NCBI RefSeq assembly: GCF_000012905.2 | Contig: NC_007493.2 | Span: 630,001 to 662,000, forward strand | Length of the DNA: 32,000 nt | Source: Cereibacter sphaeroides 2.4.1 | GTDB taxonomy: Bacteria > Pseudomonadota > Alphaproteobacteria > Rhodobacterales > Rhodobacteraceae | Reading direction: 5' to 3' | Shown: positions 30,230-32,000 of the stretch, piece after piece | Layout: each line of letters opens with the position of its first letter | Position numbering within the stretch: position 1 is the stretch's first letter | The notes under the pieces: generated by a model | The model's input: the letters and a program-made list of their open reading frames with translations, nothing else | Told to the model about the DNA's origin: nothing | Databases searched by the model: none | Translations under genes and position numbers: made by a program

Positions 30230-31531
30230 TCAGGCGACGCGGCCGAAGTCGCCGTAGATCAGCGCGGCCGCACGCTTGATGGCCAGCGCCAGCCGCTTCT
30301 CGGCCCGCACGGTCAGCATGTTCTTCACGAAGTTGTCCCGGTCCTCGGACGAGATCAGCACCTCGGTGTCCATGCGGTCGTAGATCGTGGCGGCCGCGCG
30401 GAAGGCCCCCACGAGGAACTTGTCCTCGTCGATCTCGGTCGTCGGCACCACGGGGCGGCCCCAGAGCACGGGACCGGCCAGCTGCAGCGGGTTCGCAAAG
30501 ATGTAGCGGTTCTCGGAATCCTTGGCCGTCTCGATCAGCGCCCAGTCGATCTCGTTGAGCACCATCCCGTCCGCCGGATAGAGAGCGAGGCTCGCCTCCA
30601 GCAGCGCGAAGCGCAGCTTGTCGATCGCCGTGGCGCCCGCGGGCTCGTAGACGCCGGAATAGGCGCTGGCGTTGGTGATCAGGCCCGACAGGTGCTGACC
30701 CTCGCCGTCGCCCGAGAGGATCTCCGCCTCCTCGGTCAGGTCGAGACCGTAGCGAAGCTCGCCGTCGATCTCGCCCTGCAGCTGGTCGGCATCTTCCAGA
30801 GCCTGCCGCGAAACCGGGATCCAGTGCGCGATGGTTCGCACCGGAGCGTCAGCGGCCTCGTATTCCAGCCCGCTCTCGGGCTTCAGCGCGCCTTCCGCCA
30901 CGACGCCGGCGGCATTGGTGCGGGCCTTCATCCGGGCATACTGGACGAGGTTCGAGTTGGTGGTGGACCGGCTCAGAAGATCGCGGACGAACACCTGCCG
31001 GCGGGGGAGACCCACGATCTCGGTCTCGCGCTGGGGCGCGATCAGCGGGCCGGCCGAGGCCGAACCCGAGGTAATCGCGTTCTGCACGATGAGAGTGATG
31101 GTGCCCTTGCCGTTGAAGGCCTTGACCTGGGCGTCCATCGAGATTGCCTGCCCGAGGGTCTGGCGCGCAGTGCCCCCGCCCCGGCGACCGGACATGCGCT
31201 GCTCGATGTCGAGGTTGCGCGCATCCATGTCCTCCAGCCGCTGCTGCAGCTTGGCGACCGAATCCTGCAGGGCGTTCTGCGCGGTCAGCAGACTGTCGGC
31301 CTTGACCTTGGTCTCGTCCGAGAGCTTGCCCGCGTTCTTCGCCTCCTGGAAGGCGGTGTCGGCCGTCTTGCGGACGTCATTGCCGATGCGGTCGAGCTCC
31401 TGCTTGACCTCCTTCAGCAGGGCTTCGAGGTTGCCCGCGCCACCCTCTGCCCGGGGGGCACAGAGCACGGCATGGGGCTGGGTCGCCGCGAGGAGCGCGG
31501 ACGCCACCAGCGGCATGTTCAGATGTTTCAT
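30230..31531 (-). CDS. HK97-family major capsid protein with an N-terminal delta (scaffolding) domain
   Basis: 433 aa. The N-terminal about 115 aa are coiled coil (LEALLKEVKQELDRIGNDVRK...LQQRLEDMD), followed by an HK97-fold-like body. It lies directly after a ClpP-like protease gene. GGAGA sits upstream of ATG 31531. Confidence 0.8.
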   Translation of the reverse strand: MKHLNMPLVASALLAATQPHAVLCAPRAEGGAGNLEALLKEVKQELDRIGNDVRKTADTAFQEAKNAGKLSDETKVKADSLLTAQNALQDSVAKLQQRLEDMDARNLDIEQRMSGRRGGGTARQTLGQAISMDAQVKAFNGKGTITLIVQNAITSGSASAGPLIAPQRETEIVGLPRRQVFVRDLLSRSTTNSNLVQYARMKARTNAAGVVAEGALKPESGLEYEAADAPVRTIAHWIPVSRQALEDADQLQGEIDGELRYGLDLTEEAEILSGDGEGQHLSGLITNASAYSGVYEPAGATAIDKLRFALLEASLALYPADGMVLNEIDWALIETAKDSENRYIFANPLQLAGPVLWGRPVVPTTEIDEDKFLVGAFRAAATIYDRMDTEVLISSEDRDNFVKNMLTVRAEKRLALAIKRAAALIYGDFGRVA

Positions 31532-31543
31532 GGTGATCTCCGA

Positions 31544-32000
31544 TCAGATGGTTTTCGCGAAGTTCAGGAGGTTCCGCACCTCCGCAGCGACCGCAGCGTC
31601 ATGCATGCTGGCAGGAGCAGCGCCCGGCTTGCTCCCCTTCAGGGCGGCGAGCAGCTCGCGCGCCTCAGAGCGTGAGACCCCCGCCTTGCTGGCGAGGACG
31701 TCGAATTTCCTTTCGGCGCGGGCGGAGGCCCGCCCCTCGTCGGCATCGGACAGGTCCAGCTCGTCCGCCGACAGCAGCCCGTCCGCGAAGCCCTGCTCCA
31801 CCGCCTGGCCGCCCGAGATCCACGTCTCCCGGTCGAGCATGGCCGAGATCTTCTTTGCATCGATCCCGCTGCGTGCCGCGTAGATGTCGGCCGAGACGGC
31901 ATCGAAGGGCTCGAGCCACTGCGCCACCTCGGTCAGCGCGTGGCGGTCGCCGGCCGCGAGCACCCAGGTGTTGTGGATCATCAGGAAGCCCGCCCGGGCG
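31544..32000 (-). CDS. ClpP/S49-like prohead maturation protease, 3' part (5' end beyond the window)
   Basis: The frame stays open to the window edge (…ARAGFLMIHNTWVLAAGD…DIYAARSGIDAKKISAMLDRETWISGGQAVEQGFADGL), typical of ClpP-related head proteases. A C-terminal extension precedes the capsid gene. Confidence 0.7.
   Translation of the reverse strand, partial: ARAGFLMIHNTWVLAAGDRHALTEVAQWLEPFDAVSADIYAARSGIDAKKISAMLDRETWISGGQAVEQGFADGLLSADELDLSDADEGRASARAERKFDVLASKAGVSRSEARELLAALKGSKPGAAPASMHDAAVAAEVRNLLNFAKTI

Larger units (their letters stand above)
14846..32000 (-). mobile_element. late (morphogenesis and lysis) region of an HK97-like siphovirus-type prophage; continues beyond the right window edge
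   Basis: Collinear minus-strand module: protease, capsid, connector, head closure, gp10, DUF3168, major tail, chaperone (frameshift), tape measure, tail proteins, holin, endolysin. Several junctions are ATGA overlaps. Confidence 0.85.

Noticed and set aside
14846-32000. RcGTA-like gene transfer agent cluster rather than a prophage.
   Set aside because: The chaperone and its frameshift extension resemble GTA g10/g10.1. However, the tape measure is about 1668 aa (GTA tape measures are a few hundred aa), and there is a holin, an endolysin, a methyltransferase and a long repeat-bearing tail fibre in line. A (possibly defective) siphovirus-type prophage fits better. The early and integration genes are outside the window, so functionality is unknown.

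Overview
This is a high-GC segment (hand-counted sample lines are about 65-75% GC) that looks alphaproteobacterial and Rhodobacter-like; that taxonomic guess is inference only. It has three parts.

(1) 1-5371: ordinary host genes. These are a PliG-like lysozyme-inhibitor fragment, a lipoprotein, a CPBP intramembrane protease, membrane and exported proteins, a GNAT acetyltransferase and an SDR oxidoreductase.

(2) About 5385-14845: an accessory island.
- It opens with IS5/IS66 debris and a truncated GC-rich gene fragment.
- About 1 kb with no convincing ORF follows.
- Next is an orphan, strongly AT-rich P-loop NTPase gene (7561-9057, about 40% GC).
- Last is a complete four-gene type II CBASS operon (9534-14691, about 55% GC): a Cap4-like DUF4297 nuclease-SAVED effector, a SMODS/CD-NTase, a Cap2 E2/E1 fusion and a Cap3 JAB peptidase.
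- Each of the two cassettes is followed within about 30-36 nt of its stop codon by a diverged copy of the same GC-rich element, with core GGCCGCTTCC(C)TGCGCAT. Two inverted core copies lie upstream of the NTPase gene.

(3) 14846-32000: the minus-strand late region of an HK97-like siphovirus-type prophage.
- Head and tail genes: ClpP-like prohead protease (partial), major capsid, connector, head closure, gp10-like, DUF3168, major tail, tail assembly chaperone, tape measure of about 1668 aa, a distal tail protein, and a tail fibre with four 53-aa repeats.
- The chaperone carries a candidate G_GGA_AAC -1 frameshift.
- The lysis cassette is split: a lambda-S-like holin is separated from an M15 endolysin by an opposite-strand EamA transporter gene and a Dam-like methyltransferase.

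I found no rRNA, functional tRNA or CRISPR array. The most interesting items are the unclassifiable NTPase cassette, the repeat elements that delimit the defence cassettes, and the prophage-end location of CBASS. All family assignments come from motif recognition by eye and need profile or structure searches.
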